Notes: generated by a model not told the origin, from the letters alone. A stretch of 32,000 nt of DNA from Trichlorobacter lovleyi SZ (GCF_000020385.1 NC_010814.1:1350001-1382000), one strand, 5' to 3'. Positions 1-8,202 are shown, counted from the stretch's first letter. Numbers and translations: made by a program.

Positions 1-472
1 TATCAAGCTGCTTGACGCCGTTTCTGCTGTAATAATAGCGCAGTTTGTTTTTTTGGGCCGTGTCGCGGCCACCCTGGGGGAGTCCGAATACTCTATGCCA
101 ATCCATGATGAAGCCATCCAGAAAACCGCCACCCTGGAGGGTTACCGGGAGTTCAAGGCCCAGCTCAAGCCTGTCGGTTATGCCGTAACGTCCGGCCAGG
201 GTCCAGCGGTAGAGCTCGCCATCCAGCAGGATATGTTCATTGGCAGTGCTCTTGGTGCTGTACAGGCTGGCAATATCCTGGGTCAACTGCAGCTGGGAAC
301 TGCCTGCGGCAAGCACTGTGGATGAGGTCTCTGACGGCAATCCGTAAATCTGTATCAGCGGATTGAGGTTTGTTGTACGGAAGGGAGTGATCTCAACGGC
401 GAAGGCACTGTTTGCCCAAACCGCGGATACAAAAGCCATGATCAACAAGCGGAATGAAAAAGGCAGATTCAT
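1..472 (-). CDS. Secreted/outer-membrane protein, N-terminal 157 codons (DUF3187-like); 3' end off-window
   Basis: Minus-strand frame is open from ATG (472..470) to the window edge. It is absent from the ORF track because no stop lies in-window. My translation: MNLPFSFRLLIMAFVSAVWANSAFA/VEITPFRTTNLNPLIQIYGLPSE..., a Sec signal peptide with an AFA cleavage site. GGGGAG lies about 8 nt upstream of the ATG. The family call rests only on remembered NPL..IYGLP-type motifs. Confidence 0.6.
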   Translation of the reverse strand, partial: MNLPFSFRLLIMAFVSAVWANSAFAVEITPFRTTNLNPLIQIYGLPSETSSTVLAAGSSQLQLTQDIASLYSTKSTANEHILLDGELYRWTLAGRYGITDRLELGLELPVTLQGGGFLDGFIMDWHRVFGLPQGGRDTAQKNKLRYYYSRNGVKQLD

Positions 473-624
473 GTCAAATACTCCCCGGAAAACTGGTAAA
501 ATAAAAAAAGTATGCTCGTGAAAAAAAGAGTCTGCTGTATCGGGTGGAGTAATACCGTGTTACTCTCAGCTTGTCCAGCAGAAGCAGGTTGTATTGGCAA
601 CAGAGCCACGGAAGGAGTCGTGTA

Positions 625-1239
625 ATGAACTATAGAGCTGTTGTATGGTCCCTGTGTAGCCTGCTCCTGCTTTGGGGCTGTTCCTCTGCTCCGTTGTTGC
701 AACCGTTGCCACCCGATGCCGTTGTCCTGGCTTTTGGCGACAGCCTGACGGCCGGTACCGGCGCAACGCCTGAAACCAGCTATCCCGCTGTCCTAAGCCG
801 TCTGATCGGACGCACGGTGGTGAATGCCGGGATACCCGGTGAGGTGACCGCGGCAGGCCTGGCGAGGCTGGCCGAGACACTGGACCGGGAAAAACCGGCA
901 CTGGTGCTGCTCTGTCTGGGAGGGAACGATTTTTTGCAGCGGCTTGATCAGGCCAAGACCGGGGAAAATCTGCGCAGCATGGTCCGCATGATGCGTGAAC
1001 GGGGGATCGCTGTGGTTTTGATCGGAGTGCCGCGGTTGGGATTCGGGGTGGATGTACCGGGGTGGTATGCTGAACTGGCCAAAGAAGCGGGTGTGCCGTA
1101 TGAAGGCAAACTGCTGAAACGGATTCTGGCCGACCGTTCACTCAAGTCGGACCCGATCCATCCCAATGCTGCCGGTTATCAGCAGCTTGCGGAGGGACTG
1201 GCTGCAGTCTTGAAGAAAAACGGGGCGCTGCCCAAATAA
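625..1239 (+). CDS. SGNH/GDSL-family lipase/arylesterase (TesA-like), lipoprotein
   Basis: FGDSLTAG block I with nucleophile Ser, GGNDF block III, and D..HPN block V near the C-terminus. Lipobox LLLWGC. ATG 625 follows GGAG (614-617). The upstream extension of the ORF to 571 has no RBS. Confidence 0.85.
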   Translation: MNYRAVVWSLCSLLLLWGCSSAPLLQPLPPDAVVLAFGDSLTAGTGATPETSYPAVLSRLIGRTVVNAGIPGEVTAAGLARLAETLDREKPALVLLCLGGNDFLQRLDQAKTGENLRSMVRMMRERGIAVVLIGVPRLGFGVDVPGWYAELAKEAGVPYEGKLLKRILADRSLKSDPIHPNAAGYQQLAEGLAAVLKKNGALPK

Positions 1240-1268
1240 TGCCGGTTAGAGCGGGCAGGGGGGATTGC

Positions 1269-1982
1269 TCAGGCGGCCACAATGGCGCGGTTTCTGCCCC
1301 CCAGCTTGGCCTGGAACAAGGCCTGGTCAGCACGGGAGATCGCTTCAAAAATGTTCTGGTCCGGCTTGTACTCGCAGACGCCCAGGCTGATGGTAAGCTG
1401 GATCCCCGGCCGGTTGACCTTGAATTCGGTCATGGCAACTGATTCGCGGATCTTGTTGGCAACGGCAAGGGCACCGTCAAGTTGGGTCTCCGGCAGCAGA
1501 ACCAGAAATTCTTCGCCACCCCAGCGTGAACAGATGTCTTCATTGCGCAGGCAACCGCGCAACACGCGGGAGACCTCTACCAGAACATCGTCACCGGTGT
1601 TGAAACCATGGGTGTCATTAACCTTTTTAAAGTAGTCAAGGTCGGCCATGATGATGGAGGCTGGCCGTTGGTGCCGGTGTGCCCTGCTGAACTCCTGTTC
1701 AATCATTTCCATGATGGCCCGCCGGTTCGCAAGGCCGGTCATCGGGTCAATTCTGGTTGCAAGGTCCAGAGAACGGTTCATGTTTACCAGCTGGGTTTGC
1801 AACTGGGCCTTTTCCTTGATCATCCGTTCGGTACGCTGGGACAGGGTGCGATAAAGCTCATGCAGCTGTTGCAGTTCCGGCAAAAGGGGATTGTCCTTGA
1901 AACGTTCATCCGCCATAAGTTGCTGAAAACGATCGGCCTCAATAGCTTCAAGACTTCCGATGAGATCGCGGTCTGTTGCCAT
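1269..1982 (-). CDS. Diguanylate cyclase (coiled-coil N-terminus + GGDEF domain)
   Basis: DPMTGLANRR, DLDYFKKVNDTHGFNTGDDVL, RWGGEEF and QAKLGGRN motifs. An RNED (RxxD-type) I-site lies 5 residues before GGEEF. Start chosen at the internal ATG (1982..1980) after AAAGGGG; the ORF could extend to 2057. Confidence 0.85.
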   Translation of the reverse strand: MATDRDLIGSLEAIEADRFQQLMADERFKDNPLLPELQQLHELYRTLSQRTERMIKEKAQLQTQLVNMNRSLDLATRIDPMTGLANRRAIMEMIEQEFSRAHRHQRPASIIMADLDYFKKVNDTHGFNTGDDVLVEVSRVLRGCLRNEDICSRWGGEEFLVLLPETQLDGALAVANKIRESVAMTEFKVNRPGIQLTISLGVCEYKPDQNIFEAISRADQALFQAKLGGRNRAIVAA

Positions 1983-2102
1983 AGTACAGAACCCCTTTGG
2001 AGTTGTGGGTGAAATGGGAATATTATGGTATTGTAACGCTAATCCTGAATAATTCAATGGAAAGTAGGCCTTCGAGCTGCATTATCGAAGAGAGGAGCGA
2101 AC

Positions 2103-2459
2103 ATGGCTCTGAGCGGTAATCTTCTGGCTGCGCTTCCTGATGCCAAAGAAGCAGAGCTTTTTGAGGCGTTATGCGCTGTAGACGGTGTGCGGATTGAGCG
2201 GATTGTCTCACACGGACAGGCCACTCCGGCGGGCGAGTGGTATGATCAGGACTGGCATGAATGGGTTCTGCTGGTGGAGGGTGAGGCGCTGCTACTGCTT
2301 GATGGCGAACAGGAGCCGCATCGGCTGTTGCCGGGGCGGTGGCTGCTGTTGCCGGCAGGCTGCCGTCATCGGGTGGAATGGACCGTGCCGGGCCGGAACA
2401 CGGTCTGGCTGGCGTTGCACTGGCCGGAACAGAGACAGGGTAAAGAAGGAGGAGGCTGA
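2103..2459 (+). CDS. Cupin domain protein
   Basis: Small beta-barrel signature (GEWYDQDWHEWVLLVEGEA...LLPAGCRHRVE). GAGGAG RBS precedes ATG 2103. Confidence 0.75.
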   Translation: MALSGNLLAALPDAKEAELFEALCAVDGVRIERIVSHGQATPAGEWYDQDWHEWVLLVEGEALLLLDGEQEPHRLLPGRWLLLPAGCRHRVEWTVPGRNTVWLALHWPEQRQGKEGGG

Positions 2460-2734
2460 TGATGCCGATTATGGTTGAACAGGAACCGTCCCGTGAGCGT
2501 CTTGAGGCGCTGGGGGTCTTCTCCTGGCCGGTCTGGAGTTGTGAGGTGTCGGAGTTTCCCTGGAGCTACGACCAACGTGAGGTTTGCTATCTGCTTGAGG
2601 GCAGAGTGGTGGTGACCACGGAAGAAGGTGCTTCGGTTGAGCTGAAGGCCGGTGATCTGGTGCTGTTTCCTGCCGGACTAAGCTGTCAGTGGGAGGTTGA
2701 GCAACCGGTACGCAAGCATTACCGGTCAGGGTGA
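2459..2734 (+). CDS. Cupin domain protein (cupin_3/DUF861-like)
   Basis: W..WSCE.S.F.W.Y...E.CYLLEG.V.V....G......GDLV.FP.G..C.W.V...V.KHY pattern. The ATG overlaps the upstream TGA (TGATG), indicating translational coupling. Confidence 0.75.
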   Translation: MMPIMVEQEPSRERLEALGVFSWPVWSCEVSEFPWSYDQREVCYLLEGRVVVTTEEGASVELKAGDLVLFPAGLSCQWEVEQPVRKHYRSG

Positions 2735-2739
2735 TCGTT

Positions 2740-3582
2740 ATGCCCGGCCTATACCGTCTACTGCTGCTGGTTGTATTCGGCTATGTTGGCTATGCCCTGC
2801 TGTTGCTGCTGTTTCAAGGCCATCTGATCTACCCGGGGCGCAGCCTTGTGCCTGCAACGGTCCCATCGGGCGTTGCCGCAGCTGCGGAGACGTTCTGGAT
2901 TGTCACCAGCTTTGGAAAGGTGGAGGGACGCTTTGTGGCGCCCAAAAGTGCCGGGCGTCAGCCAGTAGTCATCTTTTTTCATGGCAATGGGGAGCTGGTG
3001 GATGATCTGAGCCCTGAACTGGAGCGGCTCCACCGGATCGGCTGCGGGATTCTGCTGGTGGAATACCCCGGTTACGGCCGTTCTTCCGGGCGGCCCCACC
3101 AGCGCAGTCTGGCTGAAACTGCACTGGCAGCCTTTGATAGGGTGGTGCAACGACCGGAGGTTGATCCGAAACGGGTTGTCTCTTTCGGGGTTTCATTGGG
3201 GGCTGGCCCGGCGATTGCATTGGCAGTGCAGCGGCCGGTACGGGCTCTGATTCTGGCAGCTCCTCCGGCCTCATTGCGCCCATTTGCCCATAAACGGCTG
3301 CTTCCTTCCTTTCTGTTGCGGGACACGTTTGACAACGCGGTATTGATCAAGGGCTTTAACGGACCAACGCTTGTACTGCACGGAGATCATGATGCGATCA
3401 TGCCGTTTTCCCATGGCCAGCAGGTAGCCTCTGCAGCGGTACAGGGACAGTTGGTGTCCATTTCCGCGGATCACAATGACCTGCTTGGCCTACCTGGCTT
3501 CTGGAAGGCTGTGGAACGTTTTCTTGCTGTTGCAGGGGTGACCGCTCTGCCTGCTGCAACCCCGGGTGCCGCTGCGAAGTGA
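2740..3582 (+). CDS. Membrane-anchored alpha/beta hydrolase (serine aminopeptidase S33/BAAT-like)
   Basis: N-terminal TM helix (LYRLLLLVVFGYVGYALLLLLF), HGNG oxyanion motif, GVSLGAG nucleophile elbow, and a C-terminal HGDHD...ADHNDL acid/His region. The start could be GTG 2731, which overlaps the upstream stop. Confidence 0.8.
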   Translation: MPGLYRLLLLVVFGYVGYALLLLLFQGHLIYPGRSLVPATVPSGVAAAAETFWIVTSFGKVEGRFVAPKSAGRQPVVIFFHGNGELVDDLSPELERLHRIGCGILLVEYPGYGRSSGRPHQRSLAETALAAFDRVVQRPEVDPKRVVSFGVSLGAGPAIALAVQRPVRALILAAPPASLRPFAHKRLLPSFLLRDTFDNAVLIKGFNGPTLVLHGDHDAIMPFSHGQQVASAAVQGQLVSISADHNDLLGLPGFWKAVERFLAVAGVTALPAATPGAAAK

Positions 3583-3661
3583 CGGTGATGTCTGATCGGC
3601 TTGTCAATTACCAGTTCTCTGTTATTCTTAAAGATAACCATGTGCTTAGAGGAGGCGTGCG

Positions 3662-4537
3662 ATGCATCCATTGGCACTGTTGTTAAAGGAACATGAAGGC
3701 TGGCTGGTGCGCCGGGTCAGCGATTATGCTGTCGAGCGGGAGTATAACCGCTATACCTCGCCGCTTGAGGAGGCCTGGCGAGTCTCGGTTGCAGGACTTA
3801 CCGACTCTATCTGCGCCGCCCTGGAGTTGTCATCCGACCCTTGGGAGCTGGGGCCGGATGATGATTTTATGCATGACCCGGTGGCGGCTTTCGGAGTGCA
3901 GGAGGCGCAGAAACATCGCACCCGGGGTGTTACCCTGGAGATGTTTCTCGGGCTGATGAAGTATTACCGTCAGGGGTACCTTGATCTGGTGGCGGCTCAG
4001 CAGGACGAGCCGACGTTACTCAGGCAGTACGCCCGGTTTATTGAGCGGATCTTTGATCGTATCGAGATTGCTTTCTGTGCCGAATGGAGCCGTAGCGATG
4101 CCATGACTTCTGCTATCAGGGATCTGCAGGAGGCAAACCGCCGGATAACCAACGAAAAGAACCAGTTTCTGACTATTTTTGAAAGCCTGCCGATCCCGGT
4201 TTTTCTGTTAAATGACCGTCTGCGGATCAATCAGATGAATCAGGCTGCTTCAAAGCTTTTGTTGAGCAATGAGCGAGCGGGCAGCTATTATTATTCCAGA
4301 CGCAAGACGGACACGCCGTTTCCCTGGTTCGGGCATGAGGTCGGAGAGTTTCTGGCGGCTGATGAAGAGGAGAGGAACTTCTTTGCTACGCTTGCAGCAG
4401 GGAACGGGGAACACCGCTACCGGGTGTCTCTACGCTGGATGCAGGATATCAGCAGGAAGTTTACCGGCATGATCGTTATCATGAACGATATTACTGAACA
4501 GTGGCGGCTTGAACAAAAACAGGAGACAGGTGGATAG
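3662..4537 (+). CDS. Stand-alone sensor protein: N-terminal all-helical RsbR_N (non-haem globin)-like module + PAS domain, no output domain
   Basis: GAGGAGG RBS before ATG 3662. The C-terminal half runs FLTIFESLPIPVFLLNDRLRINQMNQAASKLL...IVIMNDITEQWRLEQ, which is PAS-like and ends where a PAS-HisKA linker normally begins. The N-terminal 150 aa resemble RsbR N-domain helices (assignment from memory). Confidence 0.6.
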   Translation: MHPLALLLKEHEGWLVRRVSDYAVEREYNRYTSPLEEAWRVSVAGLTDSICAALELSSDPWELGPDDDFMHDPVAAFGVQEAQKHRTRGVTLEMFLGLMKYYRQGYLDLVAAQQDEPTLLRQYARFIERIFDRIEIAFCAEWSRSDAMTSAIRDLQEANRRITNEKNQFLTIFESLPIPVFLLNDRLRINQMNQAASKLLLSNERAGSYYYSRRKTDTPFPWFGHEVGEFLAADEEERNFFATLAAGNGEHRYRVSLRWMQDISRKFTGMIVIMNDITEQWRLEQKQETGG

Positions 4538-5456
4538 TGTGCATACAGATGGGTCTGCTGTGTCCCCCCCTTCAACGGGGCGGGTGCTGTTCTTTCTGGT
4601 GCTGACCACGTTTTTCTGGGGCGGCAGTTTTCTCTTTACCAAGATTGGTGTCAGGGAGGTGCCGCCGCCGTTTTTTGTGCTGTTGCGTTTTTCACTGGCC
4701 TCCGTTGTGATGGGACTGCTCTGCCTGCCGCGGCTTGGCCGGCTTAACCGCCAGACTATCCTGCGTGGGACCATCGTTGGTCTGGCACTGGGGATCACCA
4801 ACCTGACCTTTGTGGTTGGGGTGCAGGGAACCAGCATCTCCCGCGCAGGAGTCATCAATAATCTGTTTGTGCTGTTTATTCCGCTCATCGCGAGGATTGC
4901 CTGGAAAGACCGGATCGGCGGCATCAATACCGCAGGAATCGGGCTTGCTTCGCTGGGGATCGCCCTGCTGGCCGGAGGGGGCGGTGAGGGGTTCAACCGT
5001 GGTGATATGATCTCCACCCTGTGTGCCTTCTTTATTGCAATCCATATCATTACGGTTTCCAGGGTCTTGAAGGATGAAGATGTCTGGCTGGTCTCCTTTG
5101 TGCAGTTCTGTGTCGTTGCACTGATGGCTGCAGTGATAACGCTGGTGGTGCCGACGCCACCGTTTTCCCTGGGACTGACCTCCCTTGCTACGATCATCTA
5201 CTGTGCCATCCTGCCAACGGTGGTCTGTTTTACCCTGCAAAACAGGTATCAACGCTATGTGACACCCACCCAGGCCGGTCTGATCTATACCCTGGATCCG
5301 GTCTGGAGCCTCCTGGCAGGTTTTGCGGTTCTGGGTGAACGGCTGACAACGCGGGAGTGGTACGGCTGTGGCTTGATCTTTCTGGCGGTGCTGATCCCGT
5401 TGGGGATCCGTTTTGCAATCGAACGTCGCCTGGTTTTCCGCTACTTGCATCGCTGA
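4530..5456 (+). CDS. EamA/DMT-family transporter (10 TM)
   Basis: Two EamA-like halves with about 10 hydrophobic helices (FFWGGSFLFTKIGV...; YTLDPVWSLLAGFAVLGERL). Start is uncertain: TTG 4509, GTG 4530 or GTG 4539, with AGGAGA at 4521-4526. Confidence 0.8.
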   Translation: MDSVHTDGSAVSPPSTGRVLFFLVLTTFFWGGSFLFTKIGVREVPPPFFVLLRFSLASVVMGLLCLPRLGRLNRQTILRGTIVGLALGITNLTFVVGVQGTSISRAGVINNLFVLFIPLIARIAWKDRIGGINTAGIGLASLGIALLAGGGGEGFNRGDMISTLCAFFIAIHIITVSRVLKDEDVWLVSFVQFCVVALMAAVITLVVPTPPFSLGLTSLATIIYCAILPTVVCFTLQNRYQRYVTPTQAGLIYTLDPVWSLLAGFAVLGERLTTREWYGCGLIFLAVLIPLGIRFAIERRLVFRYLHR

Positions 5457-5480
5457 CCGGCAGGATAGGTTTCCGCTGGG

Positions 5481-5508
5481 TTGTGTATAGCAGGTAGAGT
5501 GGTATAGT
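5481..5508 (+). promoter_or_regulatory. Sigma70-like promoter candidate upstream of the kinase-like gene
   Basis: TTGTGT (5481-5486), 16-nt spacer, TATAGT (5503-5508), about 50 nt before ATG 5558. Confidence 0.35.
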
Positions 5509-5557
5509 CACATCAATTGCAAGCAGTCGCTGAACCTTGATTACAGGGAGTGAAACC

Positions 5558-6451
5558 ATGCAGAAGCTGAGTGATGAACAACTGGTTGAAGAACTGAAAT
5601 TCCGCCTGGATCAGAGCCGCAAGTCATTACGGGATCTGTCGATAGTTAATCGTAAGCTGGTTGAACTGAACCATAAACTGGAAGAGTCCGAGGCCCTGAA
5701 AAGTAATTTCCTTTCAAACATACGCAATGAAATCAATAATCCTCTTAACTCCATCATTGGACTGGCCGCGCAACTTGCGGCTATTGTGAAAAGACCCGAG
5801 GTGAGCGAGCTGGTTGCCATGATCTTTTCCGAGGCCTTTCAGCTGGACTTCCAGCTGCGCAACATTTTTATTGCTGCCGAACTGGAGGCCGGTGAGGCGA
5901 TGCCGAGCATAGAACATGTCGAAGTGATCTCAGTTATACGGGGAGTACTGGATAATTTCAGGACTCATGCTGCCGAAAAGCAGGTCTCGGTCAGTTTTTC
6001 TGTTACCGGGGCAGAGGCGGATACCCTGCTGTACTTTCCCACCGATTCCCAGAAACTTCAGGTGATAGTTGCGAATCTGGTGGCTAATGCGGTCGAGTTC
6101 AGCGGTCCGGGCAGCGAAGTAAGGGTGCAGCTTGATCAGACCGAGGGGGGATTGATGATTCAGGTCCAGGATCAGGGGGTTGGTATTGCAGAAGCCGATC
6201 TGAAAAGGATCTTTGACCGTTTTGTGCAGCTGGATAGCGGCCCCACCCGTGCTCACCTCGGCCATGGACTGGGGTTAAGCGTGGTCAAGTCGCTGCTGGA
6301 TCTGCTGCAGGGTGACATACAGGTCAGTAGTACGCCTGCTGTTGGTTCACTCTTTACGGTTATGCTGCCAGCCGCAGCTTACGGGGCTGACGGAATTACC
6401 TTTGCCGAAGGCGGCAACCTGTTCCTGTTCGGGCAGATGGACGAGAAATAG
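5558..6451 (+). CDS. Histidine-kinase-like protein (coiled coil + DHp + HATPase_c) with Asn at the phospho-His position
   Basis: H-box-like FLSNIRNEINNPLNSI compared with the canonical FLANMSHELRTPLNAI. N box (NLVANAVEFS), G1 (DQGVGI), F (IFDRFVQ) and G2 (GHGLGLS) are present. GGGAG RBS precedes ATG 5558. No TM or sensor domain. Confidence 0.8.
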   Translation: MQKLSDEQLVEELKFRLDQSRKSLRDLSIVNRKLVELNHKLEESEALKSNFLSNIRNEINNPLNSIIGLAAQLAAIVKRPEVSELVAMIFSEAFQLDFQLRNIFIAAELEAGEAMPSIEHVEVISVIRGVLDNFRTHAAEKQVSVSFSVTGAEADTLLYFPTDSQKLQVIVANLVANAVEFSGPGSEVRVQLDQTEGGLMIQVQDQGVGIAEADLKRIFDRFVQLDSGPTRAHLGHGLGLSVVKSLLDLLQGDIQVSSTPAVGSLFTVMLPAAAYGADGITFAEGGNLFLFGQMDEK

Positions 6452-6454
6452 CGC

Positions 6455-6940
6455 ATGTCTGAGCAGGACGGATCACCCATACGTAAATACTTTCTCTTTC
6501 CCGGCGCTACCCATGTTGATGCCGAAGAATGCGAGATCACGACCGTTCTGGGATCGTGCGTGGCTGTCTGTCTCTGGGATCAGCGCCATGGCGGGGGGGG
6601 GATGAACCATTTCATGTTGCCGCTCTGGAACGGTGAGGGGTTGGCAACCCCCAAATATGGGTCCATCGCCATGGAGCGTTTGCTGGAGCAGGTGCTGGCT
6701 ATCGGTGCCCGTAAAGAGCATCTGGTTGCAAAGGTCTTTGGTGGAGCAAACCTGCTGTCAACCAGCAGTGCCGCCTGTCCGATCGGTGAGCGGAATATTG
6801 AGCTGGCCATGACACAACTTGAGGAATGGCGGATCGCAGTAGTCGCTACTGATCTGGGTGGCCGGGTCGGGCGTAAGATAATTATGAATACCATGACCGG
6901 TGTGGTGCTTTTGGGGCGGGGCAAGCAGCAAAATCAGTAA
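6455..6940 (+). CDS. cheD: Chemoreceptor glutamine deamidase CheD
   Basis: TTVLGSCVAVCLWD (catalytic Cys region), GGMNHFMLP (His), KVFGGANL and ERNIE motifs. The ATG lies 3 nt after the upstream TAG. Confidence 0.85.
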   Translation: MSEQDGSPIRKYFLFPGATHVDAEECEITTVLGSCVAVCLWDQRHGGGGMNHFMLPLWNGEGLATPKYGSIAMERLLEQVLAIGARKEHLVAKVFGGANLLSTSSAACPIGERNIELAMTQLEEWRIAVVATDLGGRVGRKIIMNTMTGVVLLGRGKQQNQ

Positions 6941-6958
6941 GTAGTTGTTATATGGCGT

Positions 6959-6987
6959 TTGACTTTCGCTGGTTCTTTTCCTAGTAT
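6959..6987 (+). promoter_or_regulatory. Sigma70-like promoter candidate
   Basis: TTGACT (6959-6964), 17-nt spacer, TAGTAT (6982-6987), 42 nt upstream of ATG 7029. Confidence 0.45.
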
Positions 6988-7028
6988 CATTTTTACGTTA
7001 CGCATTAACTTGGGGGCTGGTAACTGCT

Positions 7029-7367
7029 ATGCAGAAGATACCGCTTAACCTGGCAGCCGCCGAAATGGTACTGGCCCGGGACATCTTTAAAAACGACAGT
7101 CCGACCGGTATGCCGATCTGCGGCAAGGGGACTGTGCTTTCAGATTCACTGATCAGCCGTTTGCAGCAGATGGGGGTGCAGTCGCTCTACGTTGAAGGCC
7201 ACCCGGTCTGGCAGGAGGGGGATCGTTGTCTCTCCGAGCAGCTGGCTGACCTTGAAAAGCGGTTCTCCAAGACACTGGATAATCGTCACAATGCGGTCCT
7301 GCTTGATATTTATCGCAATCATCTTACTACAGCGATGGGAGATAACGGTGGACGAACGGAGGAGTGA
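7029..7367 (+). CDS. Small hypothetical protein resembling the N-terminal accessory module of HD-GYP/HD-domain signalling proteins
   Basis: KIPLNLAAAEMVLARDIF.....G.PICGKGTVLSDSLISRLQQMGVQSLYV matches the (pos)L..GM.LA.DI....G..L...G..L....I..L...GI..V.V pattern. Promoter-like element upstream. No enzymatic motif. Confidence 0.55.
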   Translation: MQKIPLNLAAAEMVLARDIFKNDSPTGMPICGKGTVLSDSLISRLQQMGVQSLYVEGHPVWQEGDRCLSEQLADLEKRFSKTLDNRHNAVLLDIYRNHLTTAMGDNGGRTEE

Positions 7368-8202
7368 TCTCAAAAAGATCATCATGGACACCAAGACGCT
7401 GCCAACGCTGCCCGGTGTCATCAATAAGCTGAACTCCCTTTCCAATGACGACAAGTCTTCGGTTCAGGAAATGGCGCGGATTGTCTCTGCTGATCAGGTG
7501 CTGTCAGCCCGGATTCTGCGTTTGGCCAACTCACCGTCCTATGGCTTCTATCGCGTCTCCACCATATCCAATGCCATGATTTTGCTGGGGGTTAACGTGG
7601 TCAAGTCCCTGGCGCTGTCCTCATCCATCTTTGAGATCATGGAAAAAAACAGCGTCGGGCTTTGGGAGCATTCCCTGGGAACTGCCACTGCTGCAGGTAT
7701 CATCGCCCGCAAACTGGCATTGCCGGAGGTTGAGGAAATTACCACTGCCGGTCTGCTGCATGATATCGGCAAGGTGATCATCGGTCTCAAGTGCGCCGAG
7801 CAGATGCCGGAGATCCGGCGCAAGATCAAGCTGGATGAGCTTTTTATCAGCGATGCCGAAAGGGCTGTCCTGGATACGGATCATGCTGAAGTGGGGGGCT
7901 GGCTTTCCAAGAGCTGGTTCCTGCCGGACAAACTTTCCGAGCCGATTGCCTTCCATCATAATGTGAGTGGTTCTGAAGACCATCGGATCAAGACCTCAGT
8001 GGTGCATCTGGCTGATGTGCTGATCAAGGCCAGTGGTTTTGGCGACAGTGGAGACACGTATGTGCCGCCGATCCAGCAGGTCGCCTGGGATGCCTTGAAA
8101 CTGGATGAGGCCCTGCTGCATGAGATGGTAGTGGACCTGGAGGATAAGCTGGTGGAGGTGAAGAACTTCAGTCTTGAGCTTGCCAATGCCGCAGCAGTCT
8201 AG
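7348..8202 (+). CDS. HDOD domain protein
   Basis: LPTLPGVINKL......SSVQEMARIVSADQVLSARILRLANSPSYG and AGLLHDIGKVII motifs. GTG 7348 sits 5 nt after GGGAGA; ATG 7384 is the alternative. The ORF-track start 7192 would overlap the upstream gene by 176 nt. Confidence 0.8.
   Translation: MDERRSDLKKIIMDTKTLPTLPGVINKLNSLSNDDKSSVQEMARIVSADQVLSARILRLANSPSYGFYRVSTISNAMILLGVNVVKSLALSSSIFEIMEKNSVGLWEHSLGTATAAGIIARKLALPEVEEITTAGLLHDIGKVIIGLKCAEQMPEIRRKIKLDELFISDAERAVLDTDHAEVGGWLSKSWFLPDKLSEPIAFHHNVSGSEDHRIKTSVVHLADVLIKASGFGDSGDTYVPPIQQVAWDALKLDEALLHEMVVDLEDKLVEVKNFSLELANAAAV

Noticed and set aside
53-325. 90-aa plus-strand ORF at the left edge
   Set aside because: It lies entirely antisense to a better-supported minus-strand gene (signal peptide, RBS, open to the window edge). 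It has no RBS or recognisable motif, so it is a shadow ORF.
566-1348. Minus-strand ORFs of 191, 72 and 68 aa overlapping the SGNH hydrolase
   Set aside because: They are Pro/Arg/Ser-rich translations typical of antisense frames in GC-rich coding DNA. The plus-strand frame has the complete GDSL catalytic blocks.
4430-5450. 255-aa and 252-aa minus-strand ORFs opposite the EamA transporter
   Set aside because: They have low-complexity, non-membrane, motif-free translations. The plus frame gives a coherent 10-TM DMT protein.
7192-7347. Upstream extension of the HDOD ORF (track start 7192)
   Set aside because: It would overlap the preceding 112-aa gene by 176 nt in another frame. The HDOD homology begins only after about residue 60, and GTG 7348 has a GGGAGA RBS.
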